NCBI GenBank assembly: GCA_977020255.1
Contig: CDROCS010001008.1
Span: 62,001 to 126,000 of the forward strand
Direction: 5' to 3'
Length of the DNA stretch: 64,000 nucleotides
Source: Obrimoposthia wandeli
Taxonomy: Eukaryota
Positions within the stretch are counted from its first letter, which is position 1. Each line of letters opens with the position of its first letter. Below, piece by piece: positions 18,101 to 33,100 of the stretch. The translations under genes were made by a program, and so were the position numbers. A model generated the notes under the pieces. The model was not told the origin of the DNA and searched no databases. It saw only the letters and a list, made by a program, of their open reading frames with translations.

Positions 18101-21100
18101 AAATGTTAGGATGAACTCTGAAAAATACCAAGAAGTTTTGACAGACCATATTCTACCTTTTACGCAAAAATTTGATATTTTTCAACAGGATAATGCGAGT
18201 GTACATGCTTCTCAATCCACTAGAACATGGTTAGCTGAAAACAATATCAATATTTTAGACTGGCCAGCATGTAGTCCTGATTTAAATCCAATAGAAAATC
18301 TTTGGGGCATTATGGTTAGAGATGTTTATGCAGATTCAAAACAATATGCATCTGTTAATGAACTGAAAACTGGCGTTTTAAGAGCCTGGGAGAAAATAGG
18401 ACAAAACACAATTGATACACTAATTCATTCAATGCCTAATAGGATTTTTGAATTAATTTTAAAGAAAGGAGCAAGCACGCATTATTAGATTTTGTAATTT
18501 GTAATTATTTATTTATTAAAATATCATAAATTAATTAAGTGGCTTATATTTTGTCCAATATAAATAAACTAAATTTTGTTAGTTTTTTATATTTTTGATG
18601 ATAAAATTTAAATTAATTATCAAAATTTCTAAAAAATAAAAATATTATATTAATAAATGTAATAATAATTATGTTATTCAATATCACTTCGATTCTACTA
18701 TTATTTATTTCCTTTTTTTACAAAAAACAGGAATAAAATATACTGGCTTATATTTTGTCCAGCACTGTAGCAGAACAGCACCAATTAGACATGAAAATAA
18801 TGATAGCAGTCTAACCATCCAGCATGGCGTCATTGGCAATCGGTTTTGCAGACATGAGGACGACCTTCTCGTGGTCCTTAGGCCCACGGGTCACGCTGCT
18901 CTTTCTGATCTTGTTGTCTCCCGAGGCCTCTCCAGAAGAAATGACGCCCTTCTTGCTATTGGCGGCGCTGCTGGAGGGAGTGATGCCTGCAGGAACAACA
19001 GCAGTCAAAGGAACAACTTGTGAATATAGCTCTTCAATACCATCTCAGAAGTGTACAGTGCCGAACACAGATGCTACCTTTTCTCGCATTGCCTTGATAT
19101 ATGTAACAAATAAACAAACTATCTGAGCTATTAAAGTTACTGTAAAATAAATAAATTTTAAAAATGCCAAATTGTGAATTATATATCGAAAATATTTTCA
19201 ATGCTACTCAAAATCGTACTTACATTTACGATATGATTAAAATAAAGGGAAAATCACAAATTTTATACTGAAACTAATCAAATAAACGCTGTTCATTTTG
19301 TACATAATATAATCATAATGAAGATAAGTATCATTAACAAGATAAGTTTTCAAAACTATAAATCACAGATTTTTATAATATTTTAAAATTTGCTTAATCA
19401 TCCTAAAACAATACGATTAGCAAATTTAAAAAGTATTTTTTACTTTCTTCTACATTATTTCACATCAAAGTGTATTCATTTAGTAGATTTATTTTTATTT
19501 AAATTGTTTTAAAATGCATAACAATGTTATTATGTATAACTTTAAAATTTGATTTACTTTGAATTTCTGATAACGTTTTTGAGTATCTAATATTTTAACA
19601 TTGTTCCTGCTAACTAATTTGAGAATTTTTTGTAAATATCAAGAACATTTGTGATTTATACTTAGATAACTTTCCTTGTAAGATGCATAAATTTAAAAAA
19701 TTGGTGTCAAATTTTCAAATGTCTTGAGAATTTCGAATGTTGATAAAAATGAGTTATAGTAATTTTCAGTTATTCATAGACATAAATATTACATATGTTA
19801 GGTCATTCCAAAAAACATCATGACTTGTAAAATCAACACGAACATTTGTCACACATTTCTCTCCAAAAATCAAATAAACTGCGATAAGTATTGCGATAGT
19901 AACATAAGCCAAGGTCGAATAATGTTCATTGGACCATGCGGTTGACCAATTGGCATCATCATGCGCAACCTACCTACACAACACGGTCGGCAAAGTGTCC
20001 GACAAAACCAGTAATATCCTGCAACCAGGGACATATTTCAAGGTTAATCGATCACGGTGTCAACTGTTGTCACAGTGACCTTCATCAAAAGGAATTTTCT
20101 GAGCCTTATAATTGAGCATTTTTGCATAAAATCAGAATCTTAAAAAATAAAAATCATACCGAATGAGAGTTTATTATAGCACGCAGTAGCGAACTGTCTC
20201 TGAATTTCAACACGCAACTTAACATTAAAGAGGCGCCATATATTTTGAATATACGAAAAAATAAGAAATATTTCACAAAACATTCATGAAATTAATAAAA
20301 GTTCCAATTCAGTACTTTTTGGTCAAAAAACTCAATTAGTTCATTACCATTAATATGGTTTAGAAATTCTTTTAGAAATTCTTAGAAAGACGTAAGAGAT
20401 TCCAAATGTATTTCAAATAATGCAAAATATAGGAACTTTTGATTTTTCAAATTGTTTAATCTGGTTTAAGTTAGTTGGATGCATCTCGGAGAAAAAGCGT
20501 TATTTTCTCAACAAAGGTAACTTCTGGTAATATTTAATAACACATATTTAAAATCACACCCAAAAACATTTTTTTGAAAATGGTCTTCAGAAAGTCTGTT
20601 AAGTGTCTATTAGCCATCATTTTCTCTAAAAAGGCTTCTGATAATATAAGGGCTTTTCAAACTAGTCGTACTTATTTTTTGATATGTTGAACAGCACATC
20701 GAGAAATTTCTCTACTTTTCTATGGATCAGTCCACCACTGATTTCACGTACATTTCAAATGATTAAAAGATTTCTTACAAAAACACAATGTGCAGATGCT
20801 TTTAGAGTTGAAAGGGATTACTTTAAATGAAGATTCAAATTATCTGTCACAACTTCAATTCCTAGAGATTCACAATTACAGTTTGTATGCATGCAGGAAA
20901 TCGAATTTATTGATTTTCTTGTTTTTTAAATACATTTTTCATACCTGATCTGGATGATTTTATAAACAGTGTTGAAATCAAACAGGAATCAAACAATGTA
21001 TTTACTGGGCTATTTAATAGTGTAATAAAAGTAATGTTGTCACTAAAAACACTTTTGGTGATAACTTATATATTGATTTCCGTATTTCAATGCATGTCAA

Positions 21101-24100
21101 TAGAAAACCAGATTTTCTAAAACAAGAAATCTACAAACGCCAACGAATTAAACATTTGGAGATTTTCCATGCTATGAATATATAGGCGAATGACATAATT
21201 AAACACAAGAATTAAGAGGGGAAATATTGAGAAACAATCAATAATGTCAATGGGATACGCAAATCAAATAAAAATGCAACACCATTTCCATTGGTTTGGT
21301 AGTTTGGTAATGAAACAGTAGCACAGTAACACACATTGTCGTTATTTATAGTTCAATTAGTTGACATAAAATCCTACAAATAGACAATTCGACATCACAG
21401 AATCACAGAGATCTACAGAAGAATCTAAATATTAGTTTGCGCAAATTATTTTCTCATAAATAAACGTTACAAATATATTAAACGAATTTCCCCTAAATTT
21501 AACAGTTTGATTTCTAAGCTGTCGATTAAAAGTTAGAAATATTCAAATCATTGCTCGGGTTATGAGTTTTTAAAGATTTTAACACATGCTGCTTAGATGG
21601 TGTCTCCTTGAACCGAAATGTTACCTTCACCAATTTCAACACTTGGAAACTAAAATTTCAAATTTTCATAACACCACAACTTTTCTTTAATGTAAGAAAC
21701 TTTAAGGACTTCTGAAGGTGGTATGCAATGCTGGAATTAGAAAATAATCCGATTAAACTGTGTTTAGATATTCATTACAGAGCTCTAAACGTTATTTGCT
21801 CTCGTGATGTATCACATGTCTAATTGAAATCGATACGAATCGGAAATAATTCTAAATTTAGACCAGTGCTCTCAAATTGGATGTTGAAACGACTATTTGG
21901 GCTACAATAAGAGGACAGAAGAACAAACATGTGTCAGTAAGACGTTTTTATAGCCTAAAAATAAAGAAAATTATTCAGAAGTAATTAAAGTTTGTGAAAT
22001 TAGAGAAAAGTTGTGGCGTTAGGAAAATTTTAAATTTTAGTTTCCAAATTATGACATTTACCTAAATATGTATCATGTCAATGAATTAATGCTTACTTTG
22101 GCATTCAAAACTTTTAAAAATGATTTGTAAAGCTTGAAACATATTATTTTTGACTGGAAACATTTCGTATATCTTTCAACTTTACTAAACGTCAAAGAGT
22201 TCGCTAAGTTTTTATTTCATATAAGCATAATTTTTAAATGCATAAACTTAGCAAAGTAGCATTTAAACAATAATAATTTGTATAGATTTAATCATTTGAT
22301 TATTTATATTTCTGATAATGTATTTAAGAGAGCTAATATTTTAATAAAGTTTCTGACAAATAGTTTTTTTAAATATGAAGAGTTATGATTTCTACTTCAT
22401 AAACTACGAATTTAAAAATAAATCAATAGTTTTACGATTCTTTGCATGATTTCTTTTTTGGGTTAATACTAATGCTTTGTGTGATTTGCGATGTATGGGA
22501 ATTACTTTTGTTTACCAATCAATTTAAATAGAAACTTAATTCAATATGCAAAACTACCAATTTACAAAATTAAAAATATTCAGAAATAATAATATCGAAA
22601 TTTAGTGGCAAGTGATATACAGTGTGATTCCAAATAACTGTTACAACTTCAATTCCAAGTAATTCACGAAATACAGCCTGTATGCATGTAAAAAGTATTT
22701 GATGTATGTTAACTATCCGTAATTTGTACACCTTGAATAAAAATGTTAGCTTTAAATAAATTGATGGAATGCTAAGATGTAGGTTTTCTTTGGGAAAATG
22801 CGCGCTTATTCTATACGCATTTCCCAAGATCTGATGGATTGGAAAATTATTTTAAACATGATGCTGAGTAATTCTGGAATGAAATTATATGCATATTAAT
22901 ACACCTTGACTTCTACTACAGATCAGCTGTAAGTATAATTGGTGCGCGTTATACAAGGAATTTCTGATGAATTCCAAGAATGTCAATTTATTTGTAACAA
23001 ATCAGTTTCTACAGCTTCAGCAACAAATGAGACTGAAACCCGGAGTCATGCAGCAGCGCCACTTACACATACACACATGCATATGTGAGAGTGCAATAGC
23101 GTGTTTAAGTAGTAAGATCTATGTTGTTGTGTGATGCCTACGCCGCATCGATAGGGTACTTATATGGAACACAACGACTAAATAATCAATATAGTTACTC
23201 AGCAGCAGGGTTTACAGGATTCTACACTAGACGGAAATTTTGGGACCAAAGGAAAGGAGCAGAATTGGTTAAAAAGTTATATACTTTTACGCAAACAATC
23301 TGTCATAATTGATGATAGTGTCTTAGAAGCCGAATACTTAATATTCGATATTTCTCAGGGTTCAATTATGGGTCCAATCCTATTTTCGACTTATACCGTT
23401 TATTGTAGCAATTTATAATATAATATGAAATGTAATATTCATTTTTCACCTTTATGCTGATGACAAACAATTTTACGTTGATTTTGATTTTAATAACTGA
23501 AATCACATTTTCTGCAATATATATGAATCAATTCAAGACAAATGAAAATGAATGAGGAAAAACTAAAGCTATATTATTTAGATCTAAGAATAATATAAAC
23601 AGCCTTTAATAAGAAGGAAGTTTCTTAAATGTCGGTAAAAATATTACAATGAATTGTCAAATTAAAAAAGTGATAAGAACATGCAACAGTCATGTCAAAA
23701 TGATTTATCTAAAAAGAAAATATCTTACTACTGAAATGACTATTATGCTAACGCATACAATTATTACATCAAAACTCATAAAAACCCAAATATTTATATG
23801 ATCTTATCGAGTCACATGCAGTGTACGTGTATATACATCTTAGTAACAACGATGATAACACCACCTTGGTAAAATAAATTAAAAAAAACAAAGAGTGATG
23901 GAATATTTGAAATTTATGCTCCTAATCTTTACAACAGTCAACCGATGAATATAAGAAACTGTAGCAATGTTGAAAACTTCGAGAAGCCGCTGAAGATCTA
24001 ACTATTCAGAAAATATCACGAAGAATAAAGGAAAAAAGGAAGTACTTTTGAGTACTAAATCATAGATTAGCGCTATATTAAATATTACATTGCATTAAAT

Positions 24101-27100
24101 CAAATATTACCGGAATTACAGCACTATTTTATGTACCTTTACGTACTTTCGGATTAAATGTAAAGTTAAGATAAAATAATGAAATAAAAGTGAGTTTTTC
24201 CAATAAAATAGAATAAAATCACAAACATATTTTTAATAGAAATAATTATGAACTTTATATTTTTACTTTCACACATTTAGATGCTTCTTGATCTTAATCC
24301 AGAACTTATTTCTTCGCTAATTTATTACTTTTTTAATAATTATTATCCAAGATCACAATTAATATAACTGATAAAATGTGCGACAGTGTAATATTCTATG
24401 TCTCTATCGATAACCTTTACTAATATAGAGCTCTGCAATCCACAAAATATTATAATCGACATTATTGGGTAATTCGACTTCATATTTAGAAAAGGTTATT
24501 GCTACAAATATACTTAGTAAACTATTAAATTATCGAGCTCTGAAATGGAAATGTCCATATACCAAATATCTCAAACAAATTTAAAAATTCTGATCTAGAC
24601 ACATGGACCTGTAACAGTTTCATACCTACAATGTTTGGATTGAAAAATAAATAGTAAAGAATTCAACCAAAAACTCAGCAAGATAGGAGTGAAGATGACA
24701 GTCTGAGAAATATGACCGATGGTGTGATTTCACATCATTGCAGCAGTGCTAAGTAAAAATCCCACAAATTAAAAATTCCTAGCCGTTTTAATGCATTATT
24801 ATCATAAGAAGTCACTTTGAATGTGTTATTCAGAAAAATAGTGTTTAAGATTTTAACTGAAAAATGTGTTAAAACAAGAAAACCTTCAACAATATTTAAA
24901 ATAAAACTCAATATCCGCTTTTTTATAGCCAATAGTTTAACTATATATTGCTGATTGATAGTTTTTGTACAAAACTAAAGCAAATTTTACAACATAATTG
25001 CACCGAGATTTATCGTTTAAAATGACGAGGCAGTTTAATTCGGCCATGAGCAAATAATAATTGTTATAAAATTTGCACATATATTTTGTACAGAATTTCA
25101 TTTTATACTATTTAAATAGAGGTAAGACCAACATAATGAGATGAATTTGAATATAACTTGTATTTGATTATAATAAAATTAAGTGTACAGGATGTAAAAA
25201 TTAAGTTGAATGAAAAAAATTGTGAACATTTCTAACTGTTCTAATGTAAAAATTAATGTGTGATCAATATTTCAAATGTTTTTGTAGATAAAATTATATT
25301 GGTTGCAGTAGTTACATTTTCAAACAGTTCAAAAATATGAATTACAGGTAGAATAATGATGTCATAAAGAGAAAATTATAGCATAAAATAAATTATTTCC
25401 GTTTAGACGATTTATTTAGGTTGTTTAAACTTGACGGATATTACCTTTATAATTTAGAATACTAAAACAAGAGAGCAGATGCATGTCTAATAGTAAAAGA
25501 GTCAAATTTTATCAGATACGTTTGAATTTATCAGGACCAATAAATATTTATGTTAATTCTCCTAAAAATATTACACCTACGAATTTCCCTTAATTTGGAG
25601 ATTAAAGTCAAAAACATATGTTGTATTTTCTTTTTAAAAAGGGAGGCAATTGTGTTTGTAGCAGATCCTGAGTCCTCTATAGGCACTACAGGATTAGGAT
25701 ACAATATACATTATAATCCCGTTATAATGAACCGTCTTTATAGAGAACTTCATCTTGAAACAAACCAATTTCTTGGTCCCATTTACCGTGTTTACTAAGA
25801 CGTTTACCATGCTTATAGCGAATTATTCCGATGGTCACTTGGTGGTGCATAATAACAGGATTATACTGCAAACACAGCAAGTAATATAAAACTGAATATG
25901 CGTAATGTATAGTATTCTTTGAGCTACCTAATCAGCACTATGCGATGAATTTCTAAGGACGATACATCAGGTGAATAATTTTTAATATTTTCAAATGTAA
26001 AGATGAAATACGATTAATAGAACAGCCCTGGAACTGCATCGTAATTCCACGATAACCTGACCTCAATTATATATATACAGCAACACTTACTCAAAATTTT
26101 ATCAACCGGTACGTAATTGCATTTTTATTCAGTTTTGGATATTGAATATAACTAGCTCGAGAATATTAAAAAGATCAGATAAAAAACAAATTGTGTTTCA
26201 AATCATTGCAACTAAAATACGATTAAAAATTTTAAAAACCCTTTTATTTATTTATTATTTTTAATGAAACAAATAAACTATATAATTTTCCATAGTTGCG
26301 AAAAATTGAACCCTAGCTTTTACTAACTTGGTTACACAATATGTTAAAAGATCCTCAATACTATAAATCAGAAGATGTTCATAAATCCTTTTTCATCAAC
26401 CTGAAGACAATATTTAATAAATCAATACATTTGTTCACATACATGATTAGGTATTTTTTAAATTTTTACACATTTTCCCTATTTAATCTTTTTGAAATTA
26501 ATTTAATTTTGACCCTTGTCAAATTTTTTACTCTCTTAATCAATCAAACACTATTTGACATTTATTCATGCCACATAACTTTTAAATGTGACATTTAAAT
26601 GAGTGGGTAATGTTGAGTCTCTGTCAATGATCTATCTTGTACAAAAAATATAAGTTTTCAAACATAGAGTATTTTAACATAAATTAAAATTATTTTTGAT
26701 TATATTATAAAAAGAAGTTGACAACTCATAAGTAGTATAAATCAATAGAAATAGGAACTTTAATTATGGGTGACTGGAATCGGTGGTATAATTTTAGAAA
26801 AACACTAATTTGCACTTTGCCACATGTCAATCTAGTTTCAGTTAATTGAATCAATTATAATAATTGAGTACTTTGTGGATACTTTTCAAATTAACATTGA
26901 AATGAACCCATCGAATCAGTAACGTTTACAACAATCTTTTGGAATAAACAACGCACTAGAGGCCCTGGAAATTGAAATTATGTGCTGTTTATTTGTCATT
27001 TATTGTAACAGTGAACACTAAATATTTTTTAGTGGTCACCAGCTTGTTCAAATCTGGCGCCAATGAGCCAATAGGGCTCGATTCAATTTTTTATTTAAAA

Positions 27101-30100
27101 GATCAATGGTTTATTCTCATTTGTCGAAATTTCGGCCAATGATAAGACATTGTGAAAATATGAATACAGTCAGACCTCTACATAACGAACACTTTTTTTT
27201 AACGAACGGTAAACCAAAATTCCCTGGATTTTTATTGCTTTTTTGAACTTTACATGGATTTATAAATAAAAGTTTATTAAATTGTTCGTTCCTTTTTTTA
27301 ACGAACATGGAATTTTTTGAAAAGTTGGTGTTCGTTATGTAGAGGTCTGACTGTATTAGTAATCTGTTAAGGAGCATTTGGAAATTTTATAGACAGTATA
27401 ATTAGAGGGTGGAAAATACATAAAATACGCCAATTTTTTACTATACGACTCCACTTCTCATTTGATAACTTAATACTCATCTAAAGCTAACACGCGATAG
27501 TTTAATGGCGTGTCACTTCTTTGTGTTGGTTCATATTTTATGTCTTAATTTGATAATTTGTGCTACAAATACATGCAGTAAAATTCATGTATTTTTCAAC
27601 TATTGGTTTGTGTGCTAATGTATTTGTTGGATTGTGCAATCTGCAGTCATCCGTATTGTCAACTGGTAGAACAGATCAATTTGAGGGAGATTTATTTATA
27701 TTTATTTTAGATGACCGATAAAAATATAGGCTTTACAATGATTAATCGAAGAAAATGATTAGCACATCAATAATTAATGGGTATCAAATATCCGGTAAAC
27801 GTTACTAACTCGGTGAATCCAAGCATATGTTTAGTGTGTAGATGTGTGGTCAATCAAATTCGTGCTATCGGGTGCCCAAAGAGCGGAATAAAAGCGGCGC
27901 CAAGGTCACTACGACCCACGAAAAAGCGCCTAGCCAATCACAGGATAAGGTCACACAAATTATGCATACCCGACATTGTCTTGAATTTGGTTTTATTGCC
28001 AAACCGGCCTTTGACAGCTGCGAGTTGGAGGCAGTAAAAATAAATCGGTGCGATTGCGACAGGTTCTTCAATATCAAGAATCAGTGCATAATGGACATTC
28101 TTCAGAAATTGGAACAAATTTAATAAACTTACTATTGAGCAGTGATTGAACTTTCCAATTCGCTTGATGTACTTAAAATAATATTTTTGGGAAGCAAATG
28201 ATTTAAAATTACCTTGAAAATGTTTTCATCTTAGGAAAATAAGTTCAAATAAAGTTAAAAGTGAAGTAGGATTATTTTATATCGACATCCTAAGGGGTCA
28301 AAAATCGAACAAAAACTTTTGCAATAAATATATTTATTGGCTTTTTAAAATAGTCTAATGAAACTATTTTTAGCATTTGTCAATGTTACTCAAATGAGAA
28401 AGTAAGATGGAATAAATTATACCCCGATTAAGAAAAATATAGTCGAGATCTTTTTCCGGATCCGAATCCTGTTCGTCATGGTCAGTTTCTTTAGCAACTT
28501 GTTATTCCGGCAGAATACTTATTTCAGCAGATGTATCGTTCATATTCAGTGCTAAGACCTGTTTCTGTCAAACGACTTCATACGTCTTCCATGTCAGCCA
28601 ATTGAGCAGCTTCCTCGGCGACAGACGTTTATACTCCCATATTTCATATTTGACTATACCTTTCGGTCATTTCCTGTTTAGGTAATTGCAGTTTCATTTC
28701 CTCCTGTCTTATAAAGTTTGACTATTTCAAACATGTTGGCACAATTAATTATTTTGACTTTTATGGATTATAATAATACCTGAATATACCTGAAAATAAG
28801 AATCAAGACTTTTACAAATATGAACAATAAATCATAATCAGATGATTTTTTAAATTTCAATTTATTGTGTTATAAATGTCAAAAAAGGTATAAATAACAC
28901 TATCATTTTTGAAAATGAGAAATTGAAATTAGTTATAAAAGTCAACTCATATCAGGAATGATGAAATTTCCATCACATATACGGATTTTTCCTCAAAGAG
29001 GTAGAATATTATGTCGTTAAAGATAAATAATAGATTATATATAAGCAAATATTTTTTACAATAATACCGAATCTTTTAAGTAACAGATGGAGCGAAATGT
29101 AGAGAGTGAGGGTTTAAACTGCAAAACTGATGATAAAATGGAAAGAAAACTGGAAAATGACATGAACTAAAAAACAGGAATTTTTCAAAGAAACCTGGCA
29201 TCAAAGTTCAGTTTTAGGCAATCCCCAATTTCTCGGAAAGATTGGAATACGATATTTCAAAAATAAGGTTCCACTGACTTCTGCTAAATACGAAGCAGTC
29301 CAGACACAAACATTATCAAAATTGTGCAGAAGAAAATTAAAACCATCTTCACGAAAGCAACTCGTAATGGATAATGAATCATATGTCACTATAAGGGGAT
29401 CAGGAATGCCAGGAAATTTAAGATTTTATTCAGTAATTAAGAGTGCAATTGTGAGAAAGGGGTTACCAATTTTGATATGTTTGAGAATGGAGAAAGGCTC
29501 AATCATGTAAGTTAACTTAATATTCTTAATAATAATTTATTACACTTTATAGACTCCGATTACAATAATGAATTAAATTATTTGAGCCGGATTTAAAAAG
29601 GTGAAATATAATAGAAATGGGATTAATAGAAAAACAACAGGTGTGTTACTTTGAGACCAAGATAAAAAATCTTTGAGAACATAAAACAATTAGTTTGTAG
29701 CAATAACTGGACAGGCAAGAAAAAAACAGGTTATATATGAATGTCAATTGCTTATGAAAGGCATCAAAAGAAATGTAGGCAAATTTCAAGGAATTAAAAG
29801 TAATTTGTATAGAATTTATATTTTTATCATATATATATATAAAATAATATTTTGAAATACCCTTGCTCTTTTTACTTAAAATATAGTCCTTCGCCTTAAT
29901 CAAACATAGTATCTTTTTGGTGAATCAGATATTATATTTAAATTAAATATCAAATTCTGCTTTTTAAAAATAATGAAAACTCACAATGCATTTAGTATCC
30001 TAAGCCGAAAAATTCATTCATCCCAAATTCAACGACAAATAATTTTTTGATTTAAATACTGTTTTAAACTATGTGATGCTCGTTTTGATTTTTGTTGTTG

Positions 30101-33100
30101 AGATAATCCCAGAAATGCACAAGCCTATTTGAACAGTGAAATTGTTTAATAATATTGTAACATATTTTTACTGACGTACGCATCATTGATGAGAATTTGG
30201 GGTAAATGTGCATGAATAATGAATGTCTTTGTCAATACATCCACTCTCCCGGCTATAGCCATTTTCTAGGTCCGTATGTCACAATATCGAGCATGTGTCC
30301 GCATAGCGTTCCCCACCAATCTTCAATGACACAGAATTTTCTGACTGAAATGTTACAGATAAATATGGGGAAGTTTATTTTCTGGATTGGCTGAGGAGCA
30401 GCGATGAAACTATGCATGATTTCAAAATATAATCTTTTATAGTGCACATATTGTCGAAGTAAATCATAAACAGGTTACCGATACTGGAACTATATCAATA
30501 TGTGGTCTTGAATGAAGTAGGAAATCTTTGAATAGGCGATAATGATTGGTCAAATTATCACAATAAAACTAATATAATTGTAGAAGAGTTCGATGATCAA
30601 TAAGCGAGTACTCACCGGACTTGATGTCATTTTTACCCGGTAGTGCAAATCCTCCAGCAGCACGGATCTTATTGGTTAACACTGAAGATGGTTCTGTTCC
30701 CGTGACAGCGACAGTGGCAGATGGATCAGCTACAGCGTTTTGTGGGCGAGCTTGCGAGTATCTGGTGTTTAAAGATCATAGAGATGGATCAATTAGAAAA
30801 TGGTTAGACTAGTTGGGCAAATGAGAATGTTGGTGAGGTGGACCAATAATAATCCAAGTTGACGGCAGTTGGACCAATGATAATAGAGTTTGAATGGACT
30901 TGGGAAAATGAGAATGTTAGTGAGGTGAGGTGGACCAATAATAATCCATGTCGACGGCAGTTGGACCAATGATAATAGAGTTTGAATGGACTTGGGGAAA
31001 TGAGAATGTTAGTGAGGTGAGGTGGACCAATAATAATCTATGTCGACGGCAGTTGGACCAATGATAATAGAGATTGAATGGAGTTGGGTAAATGAGAATA
31101 TAGGGTGAGATAGACCAATAATAATCCAAGTTGACGACAGTTGGACCAATGATAATAGAGATTGAATGGAGTTGGGTAAATGAGAATTTAAGGTGAGGTG
31201 AAATGGAACTCTGAGAATACAGGTTGAGTGATTGCAAAAAGAGAAATATAATGCAGCCTAATTCAAAACAAACTAATCTATAACAGAATCAGAATATGAG
31301 TTAGATTAAAATAATGTGGCGATTAGCTCACTCAGGACTGCTTATGTTCTTGGATATATGGCTGCTGTTGACTGCAGGGGTGGTTGATACGGCTCTCCCA
31401 GGACCAACAACCTCTGGACCATCTCCGATCATCATCTGCACGAGTAGACAATTCATTATTTCACCAACATACTAATTTGTAGATGAATAATTGACAAGGA
31501 AACGTTCTCAACTGAAAATCACAGTTTTAATTGAAATTTACTACAGTTATATAATTATTTTCATAGTCGTCATCTTTCTGTTTTCTGTTTATATTTTAAA
31601 AGGTTTATTTAATAACTTAATATCATTAAAATTAGCCTACAAAAATATACAGGCATTGGATTCATTGCCACCAAACCTGCCAGATCTTAAAAATTGACAG
31701 GTTTTGGATGATTTTGACGTTTTGGCTGTCTATAAATTAATAGAAGAGTTGGAAAATTCATCGTAACATTTTCTTAAATCGCGTTATTTGAATATGACCA
31801 TATTTATATTTCATTTCAATTTGTAATTTTTAATCAAAAAGATTAAGTGGCTTCCTGATTGGTATTTTTAACTAAGTAAATGTATTTTTAAATTCTTGTT
31901 TTAATAACGAGTTTATTTTAATAATAATTAACTTCGATTATGTGAGAGTTACTGAACTATTAAACTGGATACAAAGATTTAGTCAAAAAGACACAAATAA
32001 CGTAAGCTGATGAGACTCTAGGAGTAACCATTTGGTCATCACTGAACTTTTACACTGCATAGAACTTAGAAGTGTAATTGTTGAAATGCAATGAGCTTGA
32101 TCAAGAAACTTTGACCGGTTAATTATATCATTTACTTACAGGAAAGCTAATTTAATTAGAGTTGGCTGTAAGTTTAGCACAGAGTACAGAAATTCGATAC
32201 CTGTGTAAAGAATATGGATCTTCTACAATATGTGTACTAATAGAGAAAGGGAAAAGAAAAATGCATTAACCAATTTACTTTTATTCTCATTTTAAAATTC
32301 AATGGCTTAAATCATTCCAAACTATTCAATTTGAGTTCTATCAGACTATTTATAGACGGTTGGAATAATTGTTTATGTGTATCAATATCAAACATTGATG
32401 ATTTATCATCGTGAGACGGCCAATCAATTATGGCTGTCATTTAGCTACTCAATAACAGAAAATATGCGGTGGGGAGGGGGCGATGTTGAGGGTGCTGTGA
32501 TGAAGAAGAGACAGAAGGATAAATCCAATAATGAATCTCAAAAACTGGCCAACTTTTATAATCTCAATAACAAACAACATTTGGAAATTTAAGTACTATC
32601 TATTATAAATGTTGAAAGACTTCATGTTAGTAACGTAAAATGAAATATATATAGGTTTGTATATGGACATTTAATAGAAATTGATCACTATGCTTCTTAT
32701 TATTAACCTATCATTAAAATATTAGATGACATCTTTTATTTTTAGATAAATATGGAAATTTTATAAACGTTCGCAATTTTTCTTACTAATTGAATATTAC
32801 ATAAATTCTGAAAATCCCTTAAATACCCAAATGAATTCGAAAATTTAGTCTTCATATTATATATAGTACTATAATTTGAAGTCCCCCTAAATATTCATAG
32901 CACTCAATGATGCAGCCACTGCATGGATATATATGAAAATAACAAATAAGACAACTTCATATACATCAGCTCAAATATTGACAAAATAACTACATTACAA
33001 ATACTTCGTTGCACTAATAATATTTAATCCCCAATAAACTCATTTTGCCCTCTTATTCCATTCACTTGACAAGCTGTTTATCTGACACACTGGCATATCT

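Noticed and set aside
27777-28123. Overlapping Cys-containing ORFs as a zinc-finger gene
   Set aside because: No consistent ligand spacing or splice signals; probably a repeat fragment.
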